A stretch of DNA of 64,000 bases from positions 96,163-160,162 of the forward strand of contig CAZXFD010000001.1 in the NCBI GenBank assembly GCA_964640635.1, read 5' to 3'. The position numbers and the translations under genes are program-made. Position 1 is the first letter of the stretch, and the number at the start of each line of letters is the position of its first letter. This DNA comes from an uncultured Gammaproteobacteria bacterium (lineage in GTDB: Bacteria > Patescibacteriota > Patescibacteriia > UBA1558 > S5-K13). Positions 29,113 through 38,035 of this stretch are shown piece after piece. The notes under the pieces were generated by a model, which saw only the letters and a program-made list of their open reading frames with translations, ran no database searches and was not told where the DNA came from.

Positions 29113-31638
29113 ATGGACAAAGTTGATTTTTCTAGATTTTCAAAGTTGGATGCAGAAATTTTGGCAAAAGAATTTAAAACAGATCTACAAAATGGATTAA
29201 GTCAAAAAGATGCTACCGAAAAGCTTGTAAATTATGGTCCTAATGAAATAATCCTAAAAAAAAGCAGATGGTATCATATACTATTAAGGCAATTTAAATC
29301 GCCTTTTATTTATTTACTTCTTGGAGCAGTTGTATTAGCCTTTATTTTAAAGGAAATGACGGATGGAATAATGATCCTGATTTTTATATTTATAAATACT
29401 ATTCTGGGTTTTTCTCAAGAATATAAGTCAGAAAAAACATTAGAGCTTCTTAAGAAATATTCGGCATCACTTACAAAAGTTATAAGAGATGGAAAAGAAG
29501 AACTCATAAAATCTCAAGAACTTGTTCCCGGAGATATTATAAGACTTGTAACGGGAGATAAGGTGCCGGCAGATGTGAGATTTTTGGAAACTTATGATCT
29601 TAGTCTTAATGAGTCCGTATTAACGGGAGAATCTATTTCAGTTAAGAAAAACACAGAAATGGATGCAGAGTTTTCAAATATGGCTTTTTCTAGCACGTCT
29701 ATTGTCTCTGGTAGTGCAAAGGCACTTGTTTTATTTACTGGCAAAAAGACTAGAATGGGGGACATTACAAGTTTAGCAGTTGAAACGAAAAGAGTTAGTA
29801 ATTTTGAAAAAGGAATTGCTAAGTTTAGCTCTTTTATATTAAAACTCGTTTCAATCACTCTAGTTGTAATATTGCTAGCAAATATTTTTATAAAAGGAAA
29901 AGAGGCAAATATTGTTGAACTTATTATTTTTTCTATAGCACTTGCGGTAAGTGTTATTCCAGAGGCACTTCCTGTTGTCATGACATTTTCTCTTTCAAAG
30001 GGAGCTCTTCAGTTAGCAAGAAAAAAAGTTGTAGTAAGAAGACTTTCTGCAATAGAAGATTTGGGAGGTATACAAGTTTTGTGTTCTGATAAAACAGGCA
30101 CTCTTACTGAAAATGAGCTTACTGTTGCAAATTATTATAATCCACAGAATAATAATTTAATTTTATATTCTAATCTCGGAACAACATCTGTTTCTAAAGA
30201 TAAACTAGAACCATTTGATATAGCGCTTTGGTCTCAAATGAGCAAGGACAATGAAAATGATTACGATAAATACAGTAGGATATCTGAGTGTCCATTTGAC
30301 CCCAAAAGAAAAATAAATAGCGTTTTGGTTTCTAGTGGCGAAAGGTATGAACTTATTTCTCGTGGTGCTCCTGAAGCAATATTCCAAATATGTAAAATTA
30401 GCAAACAAGAAATAGACAGTATTAATTTATGGATTAAGGAAGAGGGACTTTTGGGTCATAGGGTTTTAGCAATAGCAAAGAAAAAAGTAGTTTTCTCAAA
30501 AAATAAGGACATCAAAGATTATGAAAATAACTTAGAGTGTTTGGGCGTAATATCTTTTGTAGACCCAATAAAACCAACAACAAATGCCGCTATTAAACAA
30601 GCAGAGGAGCTCGGCGTTAAGATAAAAATTATTACAGGAGATAGTCGTGAAGTATCTGGCGCCGTTGGTAAAAAAGTGGGTCTTTTGAAAAATCCAGAAG
30701 ATGTAATTTCTGGAGAGGAGTTTGATGCTTTGGATCAAGGGGGACAATTAGAAGCAATAGATAAATATTCTGTTTTTTGTAGAATTTCGCCAGAACAAAA
30801 ATTTCATATTATTGAACTTTTACAATCAAAATATCAAGTTGGTTTTTTGGGTGAAGGTATAAATGATGCTCCCGCACTCAAGCTTGCAGGAGTTTCAATA
30901 GTTGTGCAAAGTGCATCAGACATATCTAGAGAAAATGCAGATATTGTTTTGTTGAAGAAAAATTTGAAGGTTATTGTAGGCGGGATAAAAGAAGGAAGAG
31001 AAATCTTTGCAAATACAACAAAATACATGAAAACAACGCTCGCTTCAAATTTTGGAAACTTTTATTCAGTTGCTATAGCTTCTCTTTTTATAAAATATTT
31101 ACCAATGTTGCCAATTCAAATATTGCTACTGAATTTATTATCAGACTTTCCAATGATAGCTATCGCAAATGATTCGGTGGATTCTAGCGAAGTGAAAAAG
31201 CCAAGGTTTTATGATATTAGAGAAATGATGCTTTTTTGTACGGTACTGGGTATTGTAAGTTCCCTGTCAGATTTTATTGTGTTTGCATTTTTCTTTCATT
31301 CTCCTGCGCAAGTTTTGCAGACAAATTGGTTTATTTCCAGCATACTTACAGAAATAGTTTTTATATTTTCGATAAGATCAAGGGGTTTATTTTTAAAAGC
31401 AAAATTTCCAGCATTTTCAATGATCATTCTTTCTCTGGCAGCAACTTTTTTGACAATATTGATACCGTTTACAAGGGTTGGCCATTCTTTGTTTAAATTT
31501 ATTAATCCAAGCTTTAATCATCTTATGATTATTTTAGGAATCGTTACTTTTGAGTTTATTTCATCTGAGTTTGTAAAAATTGCTTATTATAAATATATAG
31601 ATAAAAAAAATAATTTACCAGCTCGTATTGCTTCATAA
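29113..31638 (+). CDS. Cation-transporting P-type ATPase (type II/III; possible Mg2+/Ca2+ transporter)
   Basis: TGES, phosphorylation motif CSDKTGTLT, hinge GEGINDAPALKLA, 10 TM helices. Located next to MgtC. Confidence 0.85.
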   Translation: MDKVDFSRFSKLDAEILAKEFKTDLQNGLSQKDATEKLVNYGPNEIILKKSRWYHILLRQFKSPFIYLLLGAVVLAFILKEMTDGIMILIFIFINTILGFSQEYKSEKTLELLKKYSASLTKVIRDGKEELIKSQELVPGDIIRLVTGDKVPADVRFLETYDLSLNESVLTGESISVKKNTEMDAEFSNMAFSSTSIVSGSAKALVLFTGKKTRMGDITSLAVETKRVSNFEKGIAKFSSFILKLVSITLVVILLANIFIKGKEANIVELIIFSIALAVSVIPEALPVVMTFSLSKGALQLARKKVVVRRLSAIEDLGGIQVLCSDKTGTLTENELTVANYYNPQNNNLILYSNLGTTSVSKDKLEPFDIALWSQMSKDNENDYDKYSRISECPFDPKRKINSVLVSSGERYELISRGAPEAIFQICKISKQEIDSINLWIKEEGLLGHRVLAIAKKKVVFSKNKDIKDYENNLECLGVISFVDPIKPTTNAAIKQAEELGVKIKIITGDSREVSGAVGKKVGLLKNPEDVISGEEFDALDQGGQLEAIDKYSVFCRISPEQKFHIIELLQSKYQVGFLGEGINDAPALKLAGVSIVVQSASDISRENADIVLLKKNLKVIVGGIKEGREIFANTTKYMKTTLASNFGNFYSVAIASLFIKYLPMLPIQILLLNLLSDFPMIAIANDSVDSSEVKKPRFYDIREMMLFCTVLGIVSSLSDFIVFAFFFHSPAQVLQTNWFISSILTEIVFIFSIRSRGLFLKAKFPAFSMIILSLAATFLTILIPFTRVGHSLFKFINPSFNHLMIILGIVTFEFISSEFVKIAYYKYIDKKNNLPARIAS

Positions 31639-31662
31639 AGTATTACGGCGCCAAAAAATAAA

Positions 31663-32142
31663 ATGTTTAAAGCCTTACAAATTGGTTTTAGTTATGGTCT
31701 TAGTTCGGGTGTTATTACGACCCTTGGTCTTATGGTTGGGGTTGCAACAAGTACAAATAGCAAATTAGCGGTCATAGGTTCTATTATTACAATTGCAGTT
31801 GCAGATGCTCTTTCAGACGCACTAGGAATTCATATATCTACAGAATTTTCAGGAGGAAAAGAAACAAAAGAAATTTGGTGGTCAACCTTATTTACATTCT
31901 TGTCTAAATTTATATTTGCAATAATTTTTGTTATTCCCGTTTTGCTTGCCCCCAGTTTATTTTATGCGATGCTTATAAGTATTGTTTTGGGGATTATTAT
32001 ATTGGGTATTTTTAGTTATTTTATGGCAAAACAAAATAAAGCAAATATAAAAAATACAATACTCGAACATATCGCAATGACAATTTTAGTAATAACACTT
32101 TCCTATTTTATAGGTAGGTTAATTAATAATATTTTTGCTTAA
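31663..32142 (+). CDS. Small integral membrane protein (4 TM), unknown function
   Basis: ORF track only. Hydrophobic. Immediately downstream of the P-type ATPase. Confidence 0.4.
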   Translation: MFKALQIGFSYGLSSGVITTLGLMVGVATSTNSKLAVIGSIITIAVADALSDALGIHISTEFSGGKETKEIWWSTLFTFLSKFIFAIIFVIPVLLAPSLFYAMLISIVLGIIILGIFSYFMAKQNKANIKNTILEHIAMTILVITLSYFIGRLINNIFA

Positions 32143-32255
32143 TAATTTTTGTATTATTATTTTTATAATAAATTACCAATTTGTTGTTTTTGTGCTATAA
32201 TTTTTTATATAAAAAGAAAAGAAAATAATTTTTTTATTTTGTAAAACAAAAAAAT

Positions 32256-34583
32256 ATGTCAACAAAAAAAATAATACAAAAACCAATAGTGAAAGAAGTC
32301 AAAACAAAAAAGCCAACTCAAAAAAAGGTAGCAAAAAAAGTAGTTACAAAAAGATCTACTCCTATAAAACAAAAATTAGATAGAAAAATAAAAAAAGCTG
32401 TTTTTCTTCCAGCTCAAGATGATCCAATTATTACAGCTCCTAAATTAGAAGAGATAATAGAACAAAATTCTACTGAAAAAATTATTTACTCTCCAATAAT
32501 ACCTTCTAAAACAGTAGAAAAGAGTATAGAAGTTCAAAAAATTAATACTGTTTTAGAGTCAAAAAAGAATAATAAAATAAACAGCATTTTCGCATGGCTG
32601 ATTATTCTTTTGTTTGTAGTGGGCGGATATGCCTGGGTTACAAAGAATCAGAGAGAAGTAGCTAGTCACAACAACAATAACGTAATTCAATCAAACAAAG
32701 AATTCGACATAAATCAAATTAAACAATTTGCATCTGTAGAGGAATTTAAAAGTTATTTAGCAAAATCTCCACAAGGACAATACGGACAATTTTTGAATGC
32801 TATTGATTCGAGAGAAGTATCTAAAAAGGTTTTAACAACGGTTAGTTCAGATGAAGCATCTTCTGGAGTAATTTCTTCTCCTCAAGTAGCTGAAACCGAA
32901 TTAATAGATAGGGTATCTAATACCAATACACAAGTATTAAATATTGATGAACCAGATATTGTAAAAACAGATGGAGAAAATATTTATTTATCTTCAAATC
33001 AATTTAATATATTTAGATCTGAGCCAGGAATAATGTCTGAAAAAATGATGATTATGCCTCCTTATGATAATGGTGCTAGCGTCAAAATTATTAATGCACT
33101 TCCAATCAAAGACGCAAAGGTTTTGTCAGAGATAAAGCAATCTGGAGAAATGTTTGTGGGTAATGGGATATTGGTAGTTTTCTCTACAAGTGATGTATAT
33201 GGATATGATATAAGTGATCCAAAAAATCCACAAGAAAAGTGGCGTATAAAATTAGAAGACAATACTTATATAATGGATTCAAGATTGTATGGGGATAAAA
33301 TTTATCTTGTATTATCAAATTTTATAAATAATATAAATCCTTGTCCTATCAGACCACTTAGTATCAATTCTACGTCTCTTGAAATAACATGTAGTGATAT
33401 TTATCACCCTGAAATGCCACTTCAAACAGATTCTATTTTTACAGCACTCAAAATAGATATTAGCTCAGGAAGCGTTCTAAATAAAACATCTTTTGTCGGA
33501 TCTCGTGAGTCTTCAAATATATATATGTCTCAAAATGCTTTGTATATTTCTTATTTTTATACAGTTGATAATGTTAAATTCTTTTATGATTTTTTAAACG
33601 CTAAAGCTACGGATTTATTTCCAGAGACGGTATCTTCTAAAGTCGAAAAACTAATTTCTTATGACATAAGCTATGAGGCAAAATCAATAGAGTTATCAAG
33701 CATTATCTCAAATTATTATGCAAGTTTAGATGGTGATGAAAGACTTAGAATAGAAAATGAGCTTACAAATAGAATGTCTAGTTATTATGAGCTAGAAATG
33801 AGGCAATTAGAGAAAACGGGTATAATGAAAATTTCTTTAACAGATTTAAAAATTATTGCAGGTGGTGCTGTTCCTGGAAAACTTTTGAACCAATTTTCAA
33901 TGGATGAGTACAGTGACAATCTAAGAATTGCTACGACAATAGGTCAAAATTCTTGGTATTATTTTGGCAACATAAGTCCAAAAAGTGCCAATGATGTTTA
34001 TGTTTTAGATAGTAAGTTAGATAGAGTTTCTTCTGTGATGAATTTAGGCAGAGAAGAAAAAATTTATTCTGTAAGATTTTTAGGAGATAGAGGATATGTT
34101 GTTACCTTTAAACAAGTGGATCCTTTTTATGTTATTGACCTAACAGATCCAAAAAATATTAACTTAAAGGGAGAGTTAAAAATTCCTGGATATTCATCTT
34201 ATCTACACCCCATTTCCGACAACATTATACTTGGTATAGGAAAAGAAGAACAAAATGTAAAAATTTCTATGTTTGATGTCTCTGATCCTACAAATCCCAA
34301 GGAAATAGATACATATATGCTAAATGAATATTGGACTGAAGTAAAAAATAATCATCGTGCATTTTTACTAGATAGAGAAAATAATATATTTTTTATGCCA
34401 GCCTCAAATGGTGCTTATGTTTTCGGATATGAAAATAATGAGTTAAAGCTTCTAAAGGCAATATCTGAAAATGCTATAAAAAGGGCTGTATATATAAACA
34501 ATTACCTATATGTTTTAAGCGATAATGTGATGATTATATACGATGAAGCGGACTGGAAAGAATTAAATAGATTAGAATTATAG
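32256..34583 (+). CDS. Secreted beta-propeller domain protein (COG4880 / Beta_propel family) with Lys-rich N-terminal region and TM anchor
   Basis: C-terminal FYVIDLTDPKNINLKGELKIPGYSSYLHPISDN... matches the Beta_propel consensus (FYV.DLS.P..P...GELKIPGYS.YLHP). Confidence 0.65.
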   Translation: MSTKKIIQKPIVKEVKTKKPTQKKVAKKVVTKRSTPIKQKLDRKIKKAVFLPAQDDPIITAPKLEEIIEQNSTEKIIYSPIIPSKTVEKSIEVQKINTVLESKKNNKINSIFAWLIILLFVVGGYAWVTKNQREVASHNNNNVIQSNKEFDINQIKQFASVEEFKSYLAKSPQGQYGQFLNAIDSREVSKKVLTTVSSDEASSGVISSPQVAETELIDRVSNTNTQVLNIDEPDIVKTDGENIYLSSNQFNIFRSEPGIMSEKMMIMPPYDNGASVKIINALPIKDAKVLSEIKQSGEMFVGNGILVVFSTSDVYGYDISDPKNPQEKWRIKLEDNTYIMDSRLYGDKIYLVLSNFINNINPCPIRPLSINSTSLEITCSDIYHPEMPLQTDSIFTALKIDISSGSVLNKTSFVGSRESSNIYMSQNALYISYFYTVDNVKFFYDFLNAKATDLFPETVSSKVEKLISYDISYEAKSIELSSIISNYYASLDGDERLRIENELTNRMSSYYELEMRQLEKTGIMKISLTDLKIIAGGAVPGKLLNQFSMDEYSDNLRIATTIGQNSWYYFGNISPKSANDVYVLDSKLDRVSSVMNLGREEKIYSVRFLGDRGYVVTFKQVDPFYVIDLTDPKNINLKGELKIPGYSSYLHPISDNIILGIGKEEQNVKISMFDVSDPTNPKEIDTYMLNEYWTEVKNNHRAFLLDRENNIFFMPASNGAYVFGYENNELKLLKAISENAIKRAVYINNYLYVLSDNVMIIYDEADWKELNRLEL

Positions 34584-34694
34584 CCCCCCACTCATATAAA
34601 AATTGCATCAGATATTCATTTTTATACTAAAAAACACAGTTTTTTTATGAAAATTGTGTTTTTTTTATATTATTTTTATATGAGTGGGGGGGGC
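34583..34694. repeat. 112-bp inverted-repeat element: 21-bp perfect arms (GCCCCCCACTCATATAAAAAT / ATTTTTATATGAGTGGGGGGGGC) enclosing a 68-nt spacer with a nested hairpin
   Basis: Begins at the stop codon of the beta-propeller gene and lies upstream of secE. GC-clamped long stem. Confidence 0.7.
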
Positions 34695-34778
34695 TGGTTG
34701 ACAATTTTTGTTTGATTGTATATAATATTTATAAGTTATAGTTTGTGGACTATAGTATTTTTATTATTAAGAGATTTT

Positions 34779-34970
34779 ATGATAAACAAAATAAAGCAAT
34801 ATTTCATAGATTCAATCAACGAATTAAAGAAAGTAATCTGGCCAACAAAAAAAGAAACTATCAAAAAAACATCCCAAGTGATTTTTTTTAGTTTTTTCGT
34901 TGCTATTTTCTTGGGATTGATAGACTATGGACTTACAAAACTTTTAGAAAAATTTGTTTTATACAGATAA
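34779..34970 (+). CDS. secE: Preprotein translocase subunit SecE
   Basis: ELKKVIWPTKKET then a single TM helix. Located directly upstream of nusG. The ORF-track start at 34716 is probably too early. Confidence 0.7.
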   Translation: MINKIKQYFIDSINELKKVIWPTKKETIKKTSQVIFFSFFVAIFLGLIDYGLTKLLEKFVLYR

Positions 34971-34988
34971 AAAAATAAACAAAATAAA

Positions 34989-35534
34989 ATGTCAAAGCAA
35001 AATGAAAATTTGGGCCTAAGATGGTATGTTTTACATACTTATTCTGGATATGAAGAAAATGTCAAGAGAAATTTGGAGCAAAGGATAGAATCAATGAATA
35101 TGCAGGATAGTATTTTGGAGGTTTTGATACCAACTGAAACCAAAATTAAAATTAAAAACGGAAAGAGAAAGACGATAAGAGAAAAGATTTTTCCAGGCTA
35201 TGTCTTGGTAAATATGCTGGTTACAGATGAATCTTGGTATGTTGTAAGAAATACACCAAATGTTACTGGTTTTATTGGAACAGGAACAATTCCTACTCCT
35301 ATGACAGAGGAAGAAATCAAATCATTACAGAAAAGAATGGGTGTTGAGGAGCCAGAATACAAGATTGATGTTGAAAAAGGTGATACCGTTAGAATAGTAG
35401 ATGGTCCTTTCAAAGAATTCGAAGGTAAGGTTGCAAGCATTGACCAAAATCATGGAAAAATCAAGGTTCTTGTTTCAATGTTTGGAAGAGAAACTCCTGT
35501 TGAATTAGATTTTTTACAAATCAAAAAAGGATAA
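34989..35534 (+). CDS. nusG: Transcription termination/antitermination factor NusG
   Basis: NGN domain (WYVLHTYSGYE) and C-terminal KOW (GDTVRIVDGPFKEFEGKV). Conserved secE-nusG-rplK-rplA order. Confidence 0.9.
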   Translation: MSKQNENLGLRWYVLHTYSGYEENVKRNLEQRIESMNMQDSILEVLIPTETKIKIKNGKRKTIREKIFPGYVLVNMLVTDESWYVVRNTPNVTGFIGTGTIPTPMTEEEIKSLQKRMGVEEPEYKIDVEKGDTVRIVDGPFKEFEGKVASIDQNHGKIKVLVSMFGRETPVELDFLQIKKG

Positions 35535-35544
35535 TAATTTTTTA

Positions 35545-35586
35545 CTTATCTACTCCCGCTTTGGTGGTGTAGGCTTCTTAGATAAG
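35545..35586 (+). promoter_or_regulatory. Hairpin leader upstream of rplK (candidate nusG-rplK attenuator / L1-binding site)
   Basis: CTTATCTA ... TAGATAAG 8-bp outer stem enclosing CTCCCGCTTTGGTGGTGTAGGCTTC. Confidence 0.3.
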
Positions 35587-35662
35587 TATTATGAATTTAA
35601 ATATTGAATAGTAAATAGAAATTCAATTGAAAATTAAAAATGGAAAATAGAAAGTTAATTAT

Positions 35663-36085
35663 ATGGCAAAAAAAATAAAGACAACTCTGAAATTACAAAT
35701 TATGGGTGGTAAAGCAAATCCAGCTCCACCAGTAGGACCAGCACTTGGTCAACACGGTGTAAATATTCAGGAATTCTGTACAAAATTTAATGATGCAACG
35801 CAAGATAAAATGGGAGAACTTACTCCAGTTGTAATAACTGTTTATCAAGACACATCATTTTCATTTGTTTTAAAAACCCCTCCTGCATCTGAGCTTATAA
35901 AAAAGGCAGCAGGAATTACAAAGGGTTCTTCAAATGCGCTTACAACAAAAGTAGGAACACTTACAAAAGATCAGTGTAGAGAAATAGCAACAAAGAAGAT
36001 GGAAGATCTAAACGCATATGACGTAGAAGCAGCTGCAAAAATCATAGAAGGCACAGCAAGACAAATGGGTGTAAAAGTTGAGTAA
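35663..36085 (+). CDS. rplK: 50S ribosomal protein L11
   Basis: [26 protein letters not shown] signature. Confidence 0.95.
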   Translation: MAKKIKTTLKLQIMGGKANPAPPVGPALGQHGVNIQEFCTKFNDATQDKMGELTPVVITVYQDTSFSFVLKTPPASELIKKAAGITKGSSNALTTKVGTLTKDQCREIATKKMEDLNAYDVEAAAKIIEGTARQMGVKVE

Positions 36086-36089
36086 GATT

Positions 36090-36180
36090 AGTAGGATTAG
36101 GAAATTAGTAAGACTAGGTCTTATAATCGAGCTATTTAAAAGCCATCCTAATCTCCTAATATTCCTAATTTCCTAATCAT
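36090..36180. repeat. MITE-like inverted-repeat element (GATTAGTAGGATTAGGAAATTAG ... CCTAATCTCCTAATATTCCTAATTTCCTAATC)
   Basis: CTAAT/ATTAG-rich imperfect ~30-bp arms around a near-palindromic core (TAAGACTAGGTCTTA). Between rplK and the inserted membrane-protein gene. Confidence 0.5.
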
Positions 36181-36186
36181 AAATAT

Positions 36187-36606
36187 ATGACAAAGATACC
36201 TTGGGTTAGAATAGTTTATCTGTATCTTATGACAGCGATTGGCCTAATAGTTTTTATTATAGGGTCAGTGACTATCGTAAATACGGGTTTAAAGGCTTTT
36301 GTTTTTACAAAGGCTGATATGAATTACGGTAGTGGGCCAAGTGAGATATACATGCAAAAAACAGTAGATCAGGCTCAAACATTATCAACATGTGATAAAT
36401 TAACAGAATCTGAGAGAGCAAGTATAGCAATGTGGCTAACCGACTATAAGGTTTGGCAGGAAACTCAGAAAAATCAAAACCCAGCTACATCAAATAGACA
36501 AAGAGAGGCAGCAACTGCTATTGCTATGATATTAGTAGGTTTTCCAGTATATTTTATACATTGGAGAATTATACAAAAAGAAAAACATGGTGAAGAATTA
36601 GTTTAA
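36187..36606 (+). CDS. Hypothetical 2-TM membrane protein inserted between rplK and rplA
   Basis: ORF track only. Hydrophobic N- and C-terminal helices. Interrupts the normally contiguous rplK-rplA pair. Confidence 0.45.
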   Translation: MTKIPWVRIVYLYLMTAIGLIVFIIGSVTIVNTGLKAFVFTKADMNYGSGPSEIYMQKTVDQAQTLSTCDKLTESERASIAMWLTDYKVWQETQKNQNPATSNRQREAATAIAMILVGFPVYFIHWRIIQKEKHGEELV

Positions 36607-36618
36607 TATAGATAATGA

Positions 36619-36696
36619 GGGACCTTTCATCTTTTATGGTGAGGGGGTTAATACCTCAAAAGAAAGGACCCACGCTACGGCGGGGTAAAGAATTAT
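36619..36696 (+). promoter_or_regulatory. Structured GC-rich leader upstream of rplA with two mutually exclusive pairings
   Basis: GGGACCTTTC (36619-28) pairs with GAAAGGACCC (36662-71) and encloses TGAGG/CCTCA. Alternatively CCCACGC (36669-75) pairs with GCGGGG (36680-85), 11 nt before the ATG. No canonical SD. Confidence 0.35.
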
Positions 36697-37374
36697 ATGG
36701 CAAAAGTGTCAAAAAGAATGAAAGCAATAAGAGAAAAAGTAGATAGTAAGAAAGTTTATTCTCTTGAAGAGGGTGTAAAAGTTTTAAAAGAAACATCAAG
36801 TGTAAAATTTGATTCTTCTGTTGAAGTTCATATTGCTCTTGGAATAGATCCAAAAAAAGGTGATCAAATTGTAAGATCTACAGTTGTTCTTCCAAACGGA
36901 AATGGAAAGACAAAAAGAGTCGCTGCTTTTACAACATTTGTTAAAGAGGCAAAGGAAGCTGGTGCAGACATAATCGGAGATGAAGAATTTATGGCTGAAA
37001 TCAAAAAAACAGGTAAATGTGATTTTGATGTAGCAGTAGCAACACCTGAAATAATGCCAAAGCTTGCTGTTATTGCAAAGATTCTTGGTCAAAAGGGTCT
37101 TATGCCTAATCCAAAAAGTGGAACAATATCTCCTGATGTAAAGAAAATGATTGAAGAAATTAAAAAAGGAAAAGAAACCTTTAAAAATGATGATAGTGCA
37201 AATGTTCATTTATCAGTTGGAAAAATAAGCTTTGATGATGCTAAACTTATTGAAAATATTAATGTTTTTGTTGATGCAGTTAAAAAAGCAAAGCCAGTTG
37301 GATACAAAGGAACTTATATAAGAACTATCGCAATATCTTCAACGATGGGACCTGGACTTAAGGTTAGTGTATAA
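36697..37374 (+). CDS. rplA: 50S ribosomal protein L1
   Basis: Full-length L1 homologue (MAKVSKRMKAIREKVD ... GKTKRVAAF ... PGLKVSV). Confidence 0.95.
   Translation: MAKVSKRMKAIREKVDSKKVYSLEEGVKVLKETSSVKFDSSVEVHIALGIDPKKGDQIVRSTVVLPNGNGKTKRVAAFTTFVKEAKEAGADIIGDEEFMAEIKKTGKCDFDVAVATPEIMPKLAVIAKILGQKGLMPNPKSGTISPDVKKMIEEIKKGKETFKNDDSANVHLSVGKISFDDAKLIENINVFVDAVKKAKPVGYKGTYIRTIAISSTMGPGLKVSV
37345..37374 (+). repeat. Direct repeat copy 1 (authentic 3' end of rplA: ATGGGACCTGGACTTAAGGTTAGTGTATAA)
   Basis: Matches 37990-38019 at 28 of 30 nt. Confidence 0.8.
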
Positions 37375-37398
37375 TATTTGTTTATACTTATATAAAGA

Positions 37399-37433
37399 AA
37401 AACACCCGCGCATTACACGCAGGTGTTTTTTTG
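37399..37433. terminator. Bidirectional hairpin terminator between rplA and the convergent lipoprotein gene
   Basis: AACACCCGCG...CGCAGGTGTT stem flanked by A-run and T-run. Confidence 0.55.
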
Positions 37434-37441
37434 TTAAATAG

Positions 37442-37876
37442 TTATTCAGGCGTTTTTATTCCCGCTTCTTTAATCGCGGGGCAGTCTCTTACAGTGTCTA
37501 ATATAAATTGTAATTTTGTTTTGTTTTCTAATAAAAGTCTTTTTCCCATTATTATATGCGTTGCCGAACAAGGGGAATTGATTTTAGAAAACTGAGCCAT
37601 ATCGAGAATTTTCATTGTATTGGGATCAACTGGAATACTCCATTGTTTTCCCGATACTTTTTTAGCATAGACACTTTCTTTCGACCACGTCTGATAGAGT
37701 ATTTCGAGACTATCGTATTGAGCAGAGCTAAGTTCCCACTCTGTAATACCAAGGATGAATGCATTAGTGCGTGTGTTTTCAATGCGTACGCCTTTATAAT
37801 AAAAGGTATCTCTTTGAGTACATCCAGTTATGATCGTTAACATGACGATCAATGCAAGAAATATCATTTTTATCAT
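37442..37876 (-). CDS. Putative lipoprotein on a higher-GC inserted cassette
   Basis: Signal peptide with lipobox LTIITGC. Minus-strand SD GGAGGA 5 nt before the ATG. GC content clearly above the flanking DNA. Confidence 0.55.
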   Translation of the reverse strand: MIKMIFLALIVMLTIITGCTQRDTFYYKGVRIENTRTNAFILGITEWELSSAQYDSLEILYQTWSKESVYAKKVSGKQWSIPVDPNTMKILDMAQFSKINSPCSATHIIMGKRLLLENKTKLQFILDTVRDCPAIKEAGIKTPE

Positions 37877-37989
37877 TTTTCCTCCTGAAAAAATATTATT
37901 TTATTTACTAAATTCTCTATTTTATTAAGAATATATTATAATAGCATATATGTAATATTGTGTCAAGTGTTAATTGTGGATAACTTATT

Positions 37990-38019
37990 ATGGGACCTGG
38001 ACCTAAAGTTAGTGTATAA
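37990..38019 (+). repeat. Direct repeat copy 2 (duplicated rplA 3' end, encodes MGPGPKVSV*), followed by a strong terminator
   Basis: ATGGGACCTGGACCTAAAGTTAGTGTATAA. Two silent or conservative differences from copy 1. Confidence 0.8.
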
Positions 38020-38035
38020 CATATTTCAAATGTTT

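Larger units (their letters stand above)
37375..37989. mobile_element. 615-bp higher-GC cassette inserted 9 codons before the rplA stop, bounded by the 30-bp direct repeats; carries one lipoprotein gene and no integrase
   Basis: Bracketed by direct repeats. GC content shift. Contains its own bidirectional terminator and the minus-strand gene with its SD. The original rplA terminator lies after copy 2. Confidence 0.45.

Noticed and set aside
36796-37209. 137-aa minus-strand ORF inside rplA, and similar antisense ORFs inside mgtC (28017..28403), the P-type ATPase (29592..29981), mreB2 (62540..62995), prfA (43958..44449 +) and others
   Set aside because: They overlap well-supported conserved genes on the opposite strand. 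They have low-complexity, Cys/Phe/Ser-rich translations with no domain similarity. Treated as shadow ORFs of an AT-rich genome.
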